This document shows positions 12,901 to 27,290 of a stretch of DNA of 64,000 bases, one piece after another (the first letter of the stretch is position 1; each line of letters opens with the position of its first letter). The position numbers and the translations under genes were made by a program. Location of the stretch: positions 24,304,001 to 24,368,000 of the forward strand of contig OX597815.1 in the NCBI GenBank assembly GCA_951406725.2, written 5' to 3'. The notes below the pieces were generated by a model. That model worked only from the letters and a program-made list of their open reading frames with translations, searched no databases and was not told the DNA's origin. The stretch is from Octopus vulgaris (taxonomy: Eukaryota).

Positions 12901-15900
12901 CCTGTTTGGCTATTTTGAGTAGAAAAATTCTTGCATCAGTTATGTTTTTTTTACTAGCATATCTATAGAACTAGGCTGTTTACATTATTTAACAGTTTCA
13001 CATTAGTTTTTATAAAGCAATTTTACATGGCATTTTGAACTAAAATTGGAAGCATACAGTATGCTTCTTATTTTTGTTTAAAATGCCATAAAAACTATTT
13101 TAGTGACCAATTGAAACACCATCATAGTTCTTTTTTCATCAGCGGATGCTTTTAAAAATTAGTATTTAGTTTCCTCACTGTCCTTGTTTATTTTGCTACT
13201 GATACAAAACAACCTTGTAGAGCCGAGATTAATTACATGCTTGAAAATTTAACTTCACTTGTTGATTCATTTGAATGTTTTTAGAGTATTTTTGTTATAC
13301 ATCATTAACAGTGAACAGGAAAGCAATCTTGTGACTGAGGCTGCTTCCTCAGTTTTAATATTTTATCAGCCTAGCTAACTAATGCAATAGTAATTAACAA
13401 AAATATTTACAAATTAGATGCCATAATATACTAAGTTATGTTAAGAGTAAAAAGTTCATAGCTTTACAATAGGGAGCATATTTTATTAATTCTGACCTTT
13501 TTGAAAATTCTTTAGTGTTGGACACATTGTTAATTAAAAAGTGGAGGAAAAGTGATAGTAATTTTTATGCTAGTTAGCTCAAAACGTGAATGACTGCAGT
13601 TGGCATTCAGTATTTGTAGCAAAGTTGTAAGAGAGAAAAAAAAAAACAAAAAAACTATTTTCTCATAATTACTTTGGCTGCTCATCCTGCAATTTATTTC
13701 TAATAAAGTGAGAAGTTATTTAACAGTTGCACAATTCTATAATATTGGTAGGTTACCTTAATAAAAAATATGCAAGTTCCCTTTTCTTCTATTAGCTTCA
13801 TAATTCAAACTACTATTATGTACCATTACCAGTTGGTGTCTCGTTGCTGTACGATATCTACAAGTCTTATCTCTTTGTATTGTAGTTGCTAATTTATTAC
13901 ATGGAATGTCACAATGGTTGAAGTCTTTTCTGTGAGATGTAATAACTCTTGATGTATAGCTATACTTTAGTTAGTATCATGATCATTAACTTAGTAGTTC
14001 TGCAGCAGTTTTTTCTCATTACTTCTAATTTTACAAGCCATTCCTCTCCAGTCTTGAACTTAACATTTTTTTTTAATGTTCCATCAGTAAGAGGCCGATC
14101 TGCTTTAAATCCTCAGCATCCCAGTACTTTCCAAGAATCTGTTAATGAATCGATGTTCACTGATCGAAAAAGACATTTAGAAATGCTATGTTTCTATATA
14201 AAGAGCATAGAAGGAATAGAAGAGCTGCTACAAATAGATCCTTAACATTTTACTCATCTGCCGTGTACATATTAGTAAAATGTTAAGCAAGGCTATTGAA
14301 AGTATCAAAAAAAAAACCAAAGAAAAAAAGTGATTTATGAAAGTAGAAAATCTAGGTGCCTCTGGATTTTGTAGTAGGCAGTAATCACTTTTGTCTATAT
14401 AAGTGAAATGTTATGCGCTGTACATACATTTATCATTTGAGATAACATGCATCTCTCATCACTTGTCAATTTCTACAGTTGCTATAGTAGTGATGTACTG
14501 AGAATTTGTTGGGAGCTGAAACTAATACACTAGTTAATGAAGGTAGAGATGAGTTATCATAGAGCTAGTGCAGGGCAGTATATATTTCAGTTACACTGCG
14601 ACAAGAGAATATTAATAACAACAAAAATATCAAGTGTTTGTCCCTTTCTAACTTGTGAAGAGAAGTGGGAGCAGCTTTATCTGTTACACCTTGCATATTT
14701 TCTTGGGTGGGTATGAAGAATAAGCACAAGATTAGTTATATATTGAGTTATTTAAAATGTAATTTATTCATAACGGTTGTTTTCATAGCCTTGTTTCTTT
14801 CATACTTAAGAATTCAGATTCTCACAGCATAATTTACTACCTGAATAAGTTAATAGGGGATAAATTGAGTGAATTCTTTTATACTGTTATGGTTGCCGTC
14901 CAAGACCATAAATTTGCCTTCTACCTTAATAATATGATGATAATTGACCAAATTGCTTGAAGTGAAAACTTTTCATATCTTTTCACTGACATCCCCAGCA
15001 AAGTTAGTTCTTAATAATCCAATTTCGCCTAGTTTAAATAGGATATCATATGGTAGTATGGCTTATTGCTGCAAGTAGAGGTGCATTGTAACAGCTCTTT
15101 TATTAGCTAGCAGTGTTGGAAATCACTCTTGGGTAGCTTTTCTAAGTCTGTGTAGTTCATTCATCTGTAGGCTAAGTAGTAGTCAATAACGACTCAGTGA
15201 CATTCTACCATATAATATGACCTTCATAACTCCAGAAAAGTCTCACCTTAAAACTGTAGGTTAGGTGTCAGTCATCTTATATATGAATGTAAATTTTTAA
15301 ACATGCTTATTTATATTGGTGAACAAGTATTTCAAACCAAAAATTTTTTAAACTTAAATTCACGCATATATTCATATATGAAATATGTCCTATACTGTAA
15401 GGTATTAAATATACTGTTTCATTATGTATAGAATACAATATTTCATAGTATTTTGTATTCTCAGAAACCATTGTTATAATAAAAGAAATCATAAATTGTC
15501 ATACTTCATATATTCTTGTAGTTCTGCTGAATTTAATTTAATGTTATAATTTTATTATTTAGTAATTTCATTTAATTGCTTTATACTTAATGTTTGTTAC
15601 ACAGACAAATTTAACATTTCATCAAGTTAAATTCTTGTAACAGTTGTCAATATTTCTAAAGAGTTCATAGGTGAAGCCAGAAGGAGGCTTTATGTGGTTC
15701 TTGACATGCTGGAAATGCCAGCTAAATTTCCATATTATACTCTCTTGTCTTTATATAATAATGTAATTCAATATAGTCACCCCCTAAAAAGATGGTAAAT
15801 GCTGGAATATCTTGAGGTTAGGTCTGCTTGATCAGAGATGACCTAGGGCTAGATATGCTAATTAATGGATAAATCTGTGATTGAAAGTTATTATCCACCA

Positions 15901-16614
15901 AGCACCTTGCTATAAATAATTTAGCTCTATTATAGTTTTGACTTTAAGAAAAGAACTTCAGTTCAACTTCAAAGAAAAAATAAAATAACTCTTTATTGTC
16001 AAATAGAGGAAATATTCTAAAATGTTTTTGATTAGTTAAATAAAATTATTTGCAATTGGAGACAATACTGATTAAATAATAATTACATCTTTAGATAAGT
16101 ATATGTAGATGACTTCACTTGCTGCTTGATTTTGTTGACTAATGGTAGGTAGACACCGATGTTATTTTTGGAGAACAGGCATGATATAATTCTGTAAACT
16201 TGCAGTTGAAACCAACTACCAGTGCTGCTGTTAAGTGTCATTTCAGAATCCCATTCATGTCTGTTAGTAGTTCATAGTTAGTATGTAATTAGGAGTCACT
16301 TGTAAAACGAGATAAAATTTTGCAGTGAGTGTGTGTGTTTGTGAATAAGATGTTAAGCAATGAGTTGTAGGTGATGCCAAAATTGTCAATAAATGTATAA
16401 AAAAATTTTTTATTCACATTACATAGAGCTACATTTAATATTTTGTAAAATGTTTTATTTTTAATTAGTATAATATTACTAATTTGTTTTTTTTTTATGT
16501 ATAAAGTAAGTTATTTAATTATATATATATATATATCAATGATAAATCTCTGAACGAGATGTAAACAGTAACTGCTCGACAACGTAAAGTATACTTAGCC
16601 ATCTCAATATATAT

Positions 16615-16920
16615 ATCTCAGAGGTCCACAGCTCTTCAATATCCTCCCGAAGAACCTGAGAGACCTGCATGGGGTGGATGCAGATGTCCTTAAAATAAAG
16701 CTGGACCTCTTCCTGTCAGGTGTCCCAGATGAACCAACTTTACGGCAAGAAGTGCAGATGAGGGCAGCTGCATCGAACTCTCTCATGCACCAAATGTCAA
16801 TTGCTAAAAAGCATTCGTGAAGTAAAATCATGTAGCAACACTGAATGGTGGTGCCCCAGCATGGCCACAGCTCGTGAGCTGAAACTAGATAGAATAAAAA
16901 AAAAATAAATAAAATAAAAA
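16615..16920 (+). mobile_element. CR1-group LINE 3' end
   Basis: Reads GPQLFNILPKNLRDLHGVDADVLKIKLDLFLSGVPDEPT, then a 3' stem-loop and A-rich tail; resembles the C-terminus of ORF 60174-60779. Confidence 0.75.
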
Positions 16921-17015
16921 ATATAATGATAATAAGGGTAAAATTAATTAATTTTTTGGCTGCTATTTCTAAAGTTCAGATTGTGGTGAAGCAAATTCTT
17001 TTGCCTAACCCTTAT

Positions 17016-17067
<52 letters not shown>

Positions 17068-17875
17068 TTAGTAGTCAGTTGAATTAACTTCACTATTTCA
17101 TAAGTTATATGTCAATGTAAGATAGTGAATTGGCAGTCATTAGTGTAGAATGATAGTATGCTTTGTGGTATTTACTCTGATTCTCTGTGTACTGAGGTCA
17201 AATACTTCTGAGATCAACTTTGGTTTTCATCCTGTTGAGGTTAATAAACAAAAATTACCAGTCCAGAGTAGTAGATTGACAGAATTGTTAGAGCGCCAGA
17301 CAGGATATTTTGTGCTATTTGTTCCAGCTATTTGCATTTGGAGCTCAAATCCTGCTCTTACTGGAAAACGGGAACATTTCTGTTAAGAATTGCAGTCAAC
17401 AGATAGTATCAGCAGTTTGAAAAGTTGATGAAAACAGATTTCTTGATTCAGTTGAAATGATTTCCTTCCACTGAAATAATAATTTATATATTAATACTCT
17501 ATTTTGTGATAATTATCTGGATTCTCATTATTCAAACTTAGTATTTCAAAGAATTTGACTAATGATTGGAAACACTTTTTGCCATTATTATTTTTTTCCC
17601 CTTTATTAAGAAATATTTGTCTTGTTAGTATCTTAATTATCTAATATTATTCTCAGATTCTTTAAATATTGGTAGTTCTTCAAAGTGGTGTCTGTGGTTA
17701 TTGAGAAAATTCCTTTTTTTTTCAAAACGGTGTCTGTGGTTATTGAGAAAATTCCTTTTTAGACAGACTACATAAGCAATTTGTTAAACTTAGTCTTACC
17801 CTAACACTTACTATATTAAATGCTGATCAGAGAATTATTAACCTTAAAAAAATATTGATCTTGTAAGTATATATA

Positions 17876-18268
17876 GGCGCAGGAGTGGCTGTGTGGTAAG
17901 TAGCTTGCTAACTAACCACATGGTTCCGGGTTCGGTCCCACTGCACGGCATCTTGGGCAAGTGTCTTCTGCTATAGCCCCGGGCCGACCAATGCCTTGTG
18001 AGTGGATTTGGTAGATGGAGACTGAAAGAAGCCCGTCGTATATATGTATATATATGTATGGGTGTCTGTGTTTGTCCCCCTAGCATTGCTTGACAACCGA
18101 TGCTGGTGTGTTTACGTCCCCGTCACTTAGCGGTTCGACAAAAGAGACCGATAGAATAAGTACTGGGCTTACAAAGAATAAGTCCCGGAGTCGAGTTGCT
18201 CGACTAAAGGCGGTGCTCCAGCATGGCCGCAGTCAAATGACTGAAACAAGTAAAAGAGTAAAAGAGTA
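17876..18268 (+). mobile_element. tRNA-derived SINE family A, full length
   Basis: Near-identical to 6379-6790; ends in (GTAAAAGA)n. Confidence 0.88.
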
Positions 18269-18462
18269 GTATTAATGATATTGTATATAAAAAGTTTCTT
18301 AGTATTTGAAATTAATCTCATGTTCAAAACTTATGATATTGTTTTTCTTTTTGCATTCATCATGATTTAAACTCTTATTTTCTCTCTACATGCATAATGT
18401 ATATAATTTTGAGTGTTGGTATAATGTATCGAAAAATTAATTGGAAATTTTCTTTTCCACAG

Positions 18463-18490
18463 ATCGAGAAGATCAGTCCATTCTATGCAC
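18463..18490 (+). CDS. MYH10: Myosin II 28-nt constitutive small exon: (D)REDQSILC(T)
   Basis: Acceptor ttttcttttccacag and donor AC|gtgagt; it bridges the phase-1 donor at 3782 and the phase-2 acceptor at 28044. Confidence 0.95.
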
Positions 18491-18699
18491 GTGAGTAAAG
18501 GTTTTTCTTGATTACATATATTTTTGAACCATAAATTTTCTTGGACAGTTGAACTCAGACAACTTGTAATCCTTTTTTTTTTTTTTTTTCTTAGTGGTAA
18601 CAATTATTTCCAGAACTTTGTTCCATATATTAGTAATAGTGCACTACCTCACATTTTAGTTGAGTGGCATGCAAATTACTTTGCCTGGTTAACATGACC

Positions 18700-21290
18700 A
18701 CCTGATCTATGGAGCTGCAAGGCGTGTTCACTGTTTTGCTAGCATTCATATTAGGCTTCCAATATGAGGTGACCTCACCACATCAATACCTTCCACTCTC
18801 TCCTACATAAAAAGAAAATCTGAAATTAAACCTACTGACATTCTCCTTTCTCTTTCCTAACATTCCTGCTCTCCAACCCAGCCTTGACTGCACATCACCT
18901 TTTCTGCCATGCAAACCACATATCCTATTCCTCTGAAGACACAAACTCTCAACCTCTAGGCTGTTCTGCTGTCCTTGCTACTACCTTTACTCAAATTTCA
19001 CTGTGAAATCTGTCTGTGCACATGTAAATTCCCCTCTCCCTGTAACCTATCTTTCTCACCTGGATGTTACCAACAAAGATTTCCAGTTACTGTAGTTCAG
19101 TCTTCTACACTCATGGCTCTAAATATATCTGCTTCTATCTTCCTCTGAGCTCCTGACGACCTTTCAGTCATATCTCTTTTTTTGCATCAAGAATACCTGT
19201 TTCATTTCATTCTTCACAACACTTCTTGGGTCCCACATTTATCCTGTACTGATATTACTCCTGCAGAGGCAAATTATTTTGCAATCTTCAACTCTGTATA
19301 CCAAAATATCTATATGTACCCCTGACTGATACTGTTGTTTCAAACACCTTTGAGCTTTTTCACATCTCCAAACCCTACCTCTACCAACCATGGCTGTCTT
19401 TGTATGTATCGGGTCATTCTACTATTGCCGTATCACTATAACTGGCCTCTCACATCCACGTATTATATCATACCTTTTCCCCACTATCAGCTCTTATGGC
19501 ACTTCAAGCCAACTAACTGGTTGGATCTCCACTAATTCTGTAGTAACTATGCCTGATAGCACGTGTTTTATCCCTAACCCATCAGAAGCAGGTAGACATT
19601 TGCTCCCTTCCTTGTAGGTATGGCCCTTCATATGTAAAACATGAAAAAAAATTCAGCTCCAAATCTCCCTAATGTATCACCCACAGCTACACTGTAGCAG
19701 TTTAGACAAAATACATGGTGTGCAATGATTGAAGAAAATCAACCACTTTTATAAACAGGATGGCTCTCACTAGAACACTTTGTAGTTCATCTCTGAACCA
19801 CAAAGGATGCCTCATTGCATTGCACAACTCTCAGGATCTCCCACCTCCCAAACTGCAGCCAATACTTTTTGTTCCTGGCTAAAAAAGTCTTTAACTTTGC
19901 AGAAGTCTCCACTTCTCAACTGTGATAGGCCTGTGAAGAATACTCCCACTGAGAAAGGCTCCTCTTTCATTGCCCGATTTTCATCCAGCTTAACACAGCA
20001 TAAGTAAAGTTTCTCTGTTGAAGATTAAATAAATCTCCAAATATATCCCCTTCAACCATACCAGCTCACCACTATACATACATGTGAAGTTCAAAACTAC
20101 TTCCAGTTGCTCCAGCCCAACAAAGTCACTGGTCCTGATAATGTCCCTCTCTTTATTATCATACGAGGCATCCCAGAGTTAGCCCCTGTACTTGCCACAC
20201 CCTTCAGTTTATCTTTCCCAAAGGACATAACCCACTTTTTGGTAGCACACTACTGTATCCCCTAATCCCCCTGATCCTGCCAACTATCATCTTCTTATAC
20301 CTCCAGTATCACAGAAGTTCCATCTGTCCTTCATTTCTTGGATTGGAGCTTTTTGTTAGAGCACAGTATCACAGCTCATGCAGATGGAGCTCTGACTTAC
20401 ACTGTATCAACTCTGTTGTGACTCAAGATTCAGTTTCATTCCCCACACATTTCCCCCTTCTCCACTAACAATCTAATTCTTGCCACTTCTTATCATGCCT
20501 ACCCTTATGCAGATGATATTACCTTTCGTTCCTCCCTAACCCAATTGTCCTCTACAAGGGTATCTTATACCAAACCTGCAGTAATTCCATCAATAGAAAC
20601 CTTGGAAATATCTTCCAGTGGGTCTTCTTCAGAAAAAAGTGCTACGTTTATGAAGGAAAACACTATGACATCTCAAACTCCTTTAATATTAGCATTGCCA
20701 AGCTAGATCTCTTGCAGTTACTCCAAATGCAAGGCATTACAGTCACTGAAATTCTCTCCTAATGAACGTACATCCCAACAAAGCAAAGACTCTGTCTCAA
20801 AGACAAGCTTTTCTCTTCAGGAACAGAAAATACTTCAGTCTGCTTCAAATACTCTCGTATAATGCTCAGGTGAAGCAGGTAATGAACTACTACTCACACA
20901 TCTGGGCTGCTGCTGCAGCTACATTCACACACATTGTAGATTGCATCCAGACAAAAGCCATTTGATCAACTGCAATAAAATCGCTCAGAAATACTTCTGG
21001 CCTGTAGCCATGCTGTCTTCTCTGTCTACCTATCCTATTGCTACGACAACGGTTTTCACTCCTTGGAATTAGCTGGTCCCATGCCAGCTCCACTTAGACA
21101 TCATATTTGTTTTTCTTTCTCTCGTTATCCATATTGTGTCCCACCTCCTCGGGCCTATACAGACCAATGCATCTAATCATTTCTTTTTTGCAATCATTGA
21201 CTTGCAACAGATCAAGTAGAACATAACATCAATCTCACCAATTTTGGAGTGCCTTTAAAGGCCGTGACCATAACTCCTTCCCCTAGATCA
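18700..21290 (+). mobile_element. Heavily decayed non-LTR retrotransposon (CR1/L2 group, inferred); boundaries approximate
   Basis: C-rich block with remnant RT motifs in order: KVTGPDNVP (~20122), YADD (~20506), MNYYSHIWA (~20882); many stops and frameshifts. Confidence 0.65.
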
Positions 21291-22539
21291 AACTACTACC
21301 AAAAAAAATTCCCCTTGTGTAAAATACAGTTCAAATTCCATGATCAAACCCCTTCAGTGTGCTATGCAGCAAGGAGAATACAGAACAACTCCCACATTTT
21401 GAAAAAAAAAAAAAGAAATTCCAAATAGAGTACTGAAATAATTTAACCTTAATAGTTTGATAGCTAGGAGTATGCTTTCCCTTGGTAAGTAACAATAAGT
21501 TAAGTAACCGTTCGTCAGAAAATTATTTCACAAAGATCAATTAAGGAAATTCTTGGAAAGCTTAGTTTAATATAATCATTATAACAAGCTCTTAAAGCAC
21601 TAAAACATTTATACAACTGTAAAACATTTTTAGCAAGAACTGGCAGAAATACCTAAATTTTCATAGCCATCAAACTGATGCTATTATTGTAAAAATGCAT
21701 CAAACATGTAAAACAATAAAGTTGTCATACAAATATATACAATGAAGGAAAATTAAAATCATCATCATTTAATGTTCTCTTTTCTGTACTTGTATGGGTC
21801 AGATGGAATTGGTTGAAGTAGGCTTTCTATGGATGGATGTCCTTTCTGTTACCAACTCTCCCTTGTTTCTAAGCAAGGTCATATTTCCCTATAGCCTAAC
21901 GTGTTTTCAACCTAAGACTGGAAAAGAACAATATTGTTTGTATGATAGTGGAGTTCATTTACAATCATATCAAGACAATGGTATACAGAAATATATACAT
22001 ATGTATGTGTATGCACACACACATTCAGATGATAGGCTTCTTTCAGTTTCCATCTACCAAATCCAATCACAAGGCTTTGGTCAGCCCATTGCTAAAGACC
22101 AGCCATTGGGACGCGAGCTTTTTAATGACACAGCCATACTTGCACCTACAAAATCTCTATAAAATATAATAGAAGCATGGAAGAAATAGCCATCATTTAT
22201 AAAGCACAAGTCTAAAATATCATGGAGTACACATCCATCTTGGATAAAGAATATTTTATATACCATATTGAGCCGACAGAGCCTCAACCTAAAAGGAAAG
22301 CACTCAAGATCACTGCAGTTGACTCATCAGGCAGAAGCTACCAAGGATTGCTACAACTGTGGCACTCTATAAAATGCATACAAATTACAACCCATTACAA
22401 CTCGGGACTATGCTACCACTTCAGTAAGAATGACAATGTCATGCAAAGATCAATACATTCACAGCTATGCTTACTTTCTCAATGCTCAATCCTGAGAGCT
22501 AGATATAAGGTTGAATCTTTCTGCACTCTGATTTATAAT

Positions 22540-23060
22540 TACTATTATTATAATAATAATAATGAGATTATTGTATACAGTGCTCAGGTGCACCACAACT
22601 TGTCAAAAGTGCGTATAAAGCATATGCAGTAATGTACAAATGTCTGGAAAGTGAACAGTGTATGAGTCAGATACATGCTCGCGTGTGTATGGAGGGGAGA
22701 AAATCAGGTGTAGTGTTGGCGAATCTCAGGAAGCATGGAAGTTTTGAAGGATACAGTGCTCCGACAACTAACAACTGTTGCCGGCAGTTTGTTCCATACT
22801 TCAGCAACTCTTAGTGTGAAAAAATGTTTCCGAAAATCATGGGAGCTGTGCTGTTTTCTGACTTTGTAAACATGTCCACGGGTGTTAGACAGATGGAGTT
22901 TGAAAAGGTGCTCAGAGTTATTATTTGTAAGATGGTTAATAATTTTATGGGTGTCTGCCAAGTCAGCTGCCAGAAGTTGGAGTTTCAATGTGTCCAGGCC
23001 CAGGGAAGTAAGGCATTCAGAATTGTGGCAAGCTGGCAGAATCGTTAACATGCCATACAA
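22540..23060 (-). mobile_element. CR1-like LINE 3' fragment
   Basis: ORF 22704-23084 contains NTRGHVYK...RKHFFTLRVAEVWNKLP, typical of the CR1 ORF2 C-terminus, with a (TTA)n tail. Confidence 0.8.
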
Positions 23061-25739
23061 AATGCTTAACAGCATCTCTTTCAACTCTTTATGTGCTCAG
23101 TTCAAATTCTGCCTAGATAGCCTTTTCCTTTCATTCTTTTGAAGTTGATAAAACAAGTACCATTTGAGCTCTGGTGTCAGTGTAATCGACTTACCCCTCC
23201 CCTAAAAATTGCTGGCCTTGTGACAAAATTTGAAACCATTATTATTATATATGGAGGAATACACCAAGCTAAATATTATCAGTAACCCATTTAATTGTTT
23301 GAATAGGTTAAAGGTAAAGCACATATCATGTCAAGTGTAATCAGTAGAAAATTGACAGGGTGTGAGGCAGGGGATTATGCAGCAGATTGTGAGGTGAGTT
23401 GCTTTGATGAGGGAAGGGAGCCACTGATTTGATGACTCAGTAGGAAAGCAATAGATGTGGTTAGGTTAAGGTTGTTTGGAGAGCTGGTAAGGTGCCCAGA
23501 GATATGTCTAGAGAGAAAACTAGTGACAACAGTTCAAAATGGTAGATGATTTTATCTGTGCTAGTGGTTTCTGTATAAGGGGAGAAAGTTAAGTCATAGG
23601 GAAAATTATTTTTGTCTAAGCACAGAAACCAGTATAGGTAGGTTAGTTGAAGGAATTATGTATCAGTATTGAAAATTTTCTGTGGTTTGCATATTAGATG
23701 GTGAGTAGAATTGAGGTTGGGCTTAAATCCATAAATATTGTTGTACAAGTGTAATAAAATTTAACAGACTGGTTGTTTTTTCCCCCCCAAAAAATGTCAT
23801 TGCTTTTAAAGAATAATTTGGTAAAAGAGAGGAAAATGGAACAAAGTCTCATGAGTTACTGTTAAAAATAGCAGATCTGTGGGAGTAACTTTTTTATTTT
23901 TAATTTTGTTTCATATTGCTTATTTTAGAAATATTAATTATATAGCATGTTTCTTTGAATTAAAAAGAAAACTGACTTCCCAGAGTTAATTGGTTGACAA
24001 ATTTTGGACTTGGTCAAATTCTTATAGATTTATAGTAGAAAAAGGAAGAAAGAAAATTAATGAAGTGGTTTTGCTTGAGTCTTACATTAGCTCTACTCAT
24101 GGGAATGTAACTATGAGTGAAATTTAATTGCTGTCTATATAATAACTCGAATTTCAAACCTTCCTAAGTAGTTGCTTATTTTTATATATTATATTTATTT
24201 TTGCTTCCTGAAGTACATGTGTGGATGCATGTTTTCAAACTTCTGAGGAAGTTTGTATACATATAGCTTTTCATCTCTCTTGGCTTCCTCTTCATAAACT
24301 GTTTTCCAACATTATATATTTACTGAAGTCTCATTTCCTCTCTATGCCTAAACATACTTTAGTTCTCTTTTGTAATCTTTGGATCACAAACCAAATTGAA
24401 ACAAATTTGGTTTGGCCAAATTTTATTTTCATAATGCAATCACTTTTACATTCAAAGCTAAAAGTTAAATAATTTGCTTTGATTTTTGAAGAAAAAAAAA
24501 AAAAACCCAAGAATATTTGTTAACTAGCATGACTTGTGAATATTTCATGGAATTAATGATAAATCTATTATTTCTGAAAACTTTATACAAAAAAACTTAA
24601 AAGCGTAGCTTGTGTTGTGTCTTTATGGAAAGATAGTCCCTCATCTGTTACTCATTGAAAAGTGAAAGAAATCGGAATACAATGATTACTTAATGCACTT
24701 TATATATACACTTTATATACTTTATGCTCAGTTTTATAGACCTAATTCACAATACTCATAAAATAAATATTCACTCTTATTTTTCTATTTTCCCCATAAG
24801 CAAAAAAAGAAATATTCCATACATGATACAACCTTTAGTTAAGTTGCATATATCTGCCATGCAAATAAGCTTGAACATATGGAATTGCATGTATGCGCAT
24901 GTGTTAAGTGATAGGTGATATAAAAATCTTAGTTCAATAAAAAAGAAAAATACACTTTTCACCATCCAACCACCACAATCATCATCTTTTCCCTCTCTCT
25001 AACCTCACCATCAGAACATCACCCCTCTGCTAAAATTATATTTTTAACTCTCCTCCTATACCTTCAACTTTTTTAACCACATAATAAATATTACGTTCCT
25101 CCTACCTTCCTCTTTTTTTCTTTCTCTTTCTGTTTCACTCTTTGCCTTCTTTCTCCTCTCTTTCTCTTCAATTAATCACATGAACGCATTACAATTACAT
25201 TCCTTCTACCTCACATTATGGACGTTTTTCCTCCCTCTTTTCTTTCTCCCGCTTTTTCTCCCTTCCTCTTTTTCTCTCCCTCTTTTCTCTAATCACGTTA
25301 AAGTGTTACTGATGGGCTAAGTAACACAATGACAAGCGGAATTATTATTAGATTAATTTTGAGATTATCAAAGAAACAAAGGAGAATTTAATGGTCGTTT
25401 GTCAAAGCAATGTTTTATGATGAAAACCATATAGTAAGTGGATAAAATGAAGGATGGAGACAGGTTGAATGGAATATTGCTTTCCAGCCAGAAGAGCATT
25501 TTGCATGTATGAAAGCCCATGTGTATATGTGTTTTATTGAGTTGAGGAAGTTGATATGTGTTTGGTGTGTATGTATACTGCTGTGCTGCTTGTGTGAATG
25601 AGGCTTAATGTTAAGTGTGTCTACATGAAGGACAGGTAGTGTATATGCATGTATAGTGACAGAAGGTAGAGGGGATTGTAAAGTGAATATGAGTGTTTAT
25701 TAATGTGTGATGTGTTGGGAGAGACATTATTACTACAGC

Positions 25740-26800
25740 ACACTAGGGTGATTATCAATTCCAATTTGACCCACATCTACACGCATCTGTTGGACACATT
25801 GAGGCTAAAATTTTCTCCCAGTTCATGATCCTACTCCAGAGCTGCACAGTAGTTACAGCAACACCATCTCCCTTATTCATGAACAACTCAACTCCTTCAT
25901 TACTTTTGTTAACGCCTTCCATCCGACCCAAGATTTCCCACTCATCTCCACCTTCTCATTTAACTTCATGCTTATCTCCGTCTCTATTGACCATCAATCA
26001 CAACCTTTCTATGTTTTTTTACAAGCCCAGTGACTCTCACCTGTATTTCAATTTCATTTCATCAAACCTCACTCATACTGTTCTTGCTATCCTCTCTTCT
26101 GTATCTCCTGTGTAGCTATGACTTCATATTCAACTGTGTACCTTTTTCCACCTCAGACTACCTGGTTTCAACCTCTCCAATTGCCTTTCTGACCTCTGTT
26201 AACATCTTTGCCACTGGATGTGCAACCTAGTGAAGTTCAAACCCCTGGCCCCATTTACCAGCTTTGTGCCAACACATATTGAACCACTTTCATTGTCCTA
26301 AATTAACTCTGCTCCACCACCTTCAAAGTCGACATGAGTTTGTCTTCAAGCATGCCAACAAAAAGTGGTGCTGTGATAGTGTAGTGATCTGAGTTGAATC
26401 TTGCTGAAATTCTCCCGAGTTCCCTATTCTTTTGTCAGTTGCCTTCTGAATCTACCCAATTCCTTAGCAACTAACAAATCTTGTCACTAGCCCCTCTTCT
26501 TTCTCTTCATCCTCACAGCATAAAACTCATCAACTTTGATCATCCTACCATCTCTATCTGAAAATGCTCCACCAAATTTCTCTCTAAATTCTTGGACAAA
26601 CCATTCTCATTTTCAGTTGCAGTCTTTCCATCTTGCATGCATATCATCAATCACACCCTCCACTCTTCAACTTCTTATCTTGCCTCTTCCCAGCTCCTCT
26701 CCATTACAGACAATAAGTCCCTCTGTACTCTCATCTCTCATGATGGTGGTCTCTTGACTCTAAAATGCTCTTTTGACTATCATATTCTACACTAACAATT
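25740..26800 (+). mobile_element. Decayed Penelope-like RT remnant; boundaries approximate
   Basis: FYKPSDSHLYFNFISSNLTH (~26017-26080) resembles the Penelope RT C-terminal motif YxKPTDSHxYLxxxSSHP. Confidence 0.5.
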
Positions 26801-27147
26801 TTCTGCTTACTGAAACCTCACCTTTTACTTGACTATTTCTGCCCCTTTTGGAGACTTCAGAATATAATGCAGAGGCAATGAGAACTGGGATGGATTCAAC
26901 TATGCCAACCTCTGCTTGTTGGACATATTGCACCCTAGAACTATATAGTTGTTACAGTAATGACTGTATTGGTATCACCTTCCATACTTGTAAACAACTT
27001 AACTTTCCTATTACTTTCATCAACTTACCATCCTGCCCTAGATTTCACAGTTACCATCTTGATAACACACACATTGCTTTGAATTTGTCTTCTCTTGCAC
27101 CTGCTTCAAATGTACCTTGTCTTGTATTTGCTTCACATTTGCCATCC

Positions 27148-27290
27148 CTTGTACCTGTCCCACAATTACTTTCTCTTGTACCTGTCCCACAATTACTTTC
27201 TCTTGAACCTGTCCCACAATTACTTTCTCTTGTACCTGTCCCACATTTACTTTCTCTTGTACCTGTCCCACAATTACCTCCTTGTGTACC
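27148..27290. repeat. 27-bp minisatellite CTTGTACCTGTCCCACAATTACTTTCT, about 5 copies
   Basis: Direct tandem copies visible. Confidence 0.9.

Noticed and set aside
17687-17760. About 32-bp local direct duplication
   Set aside because: An ordinary slippage duplication with no sign of function.
25302-25327. GTGTTACTGATGGGCTAAGTAACAC hairpin with CTGATG
   Set aside because: No GAAA or stem II/III arrangement, so it is not supportable as a hammerhead.
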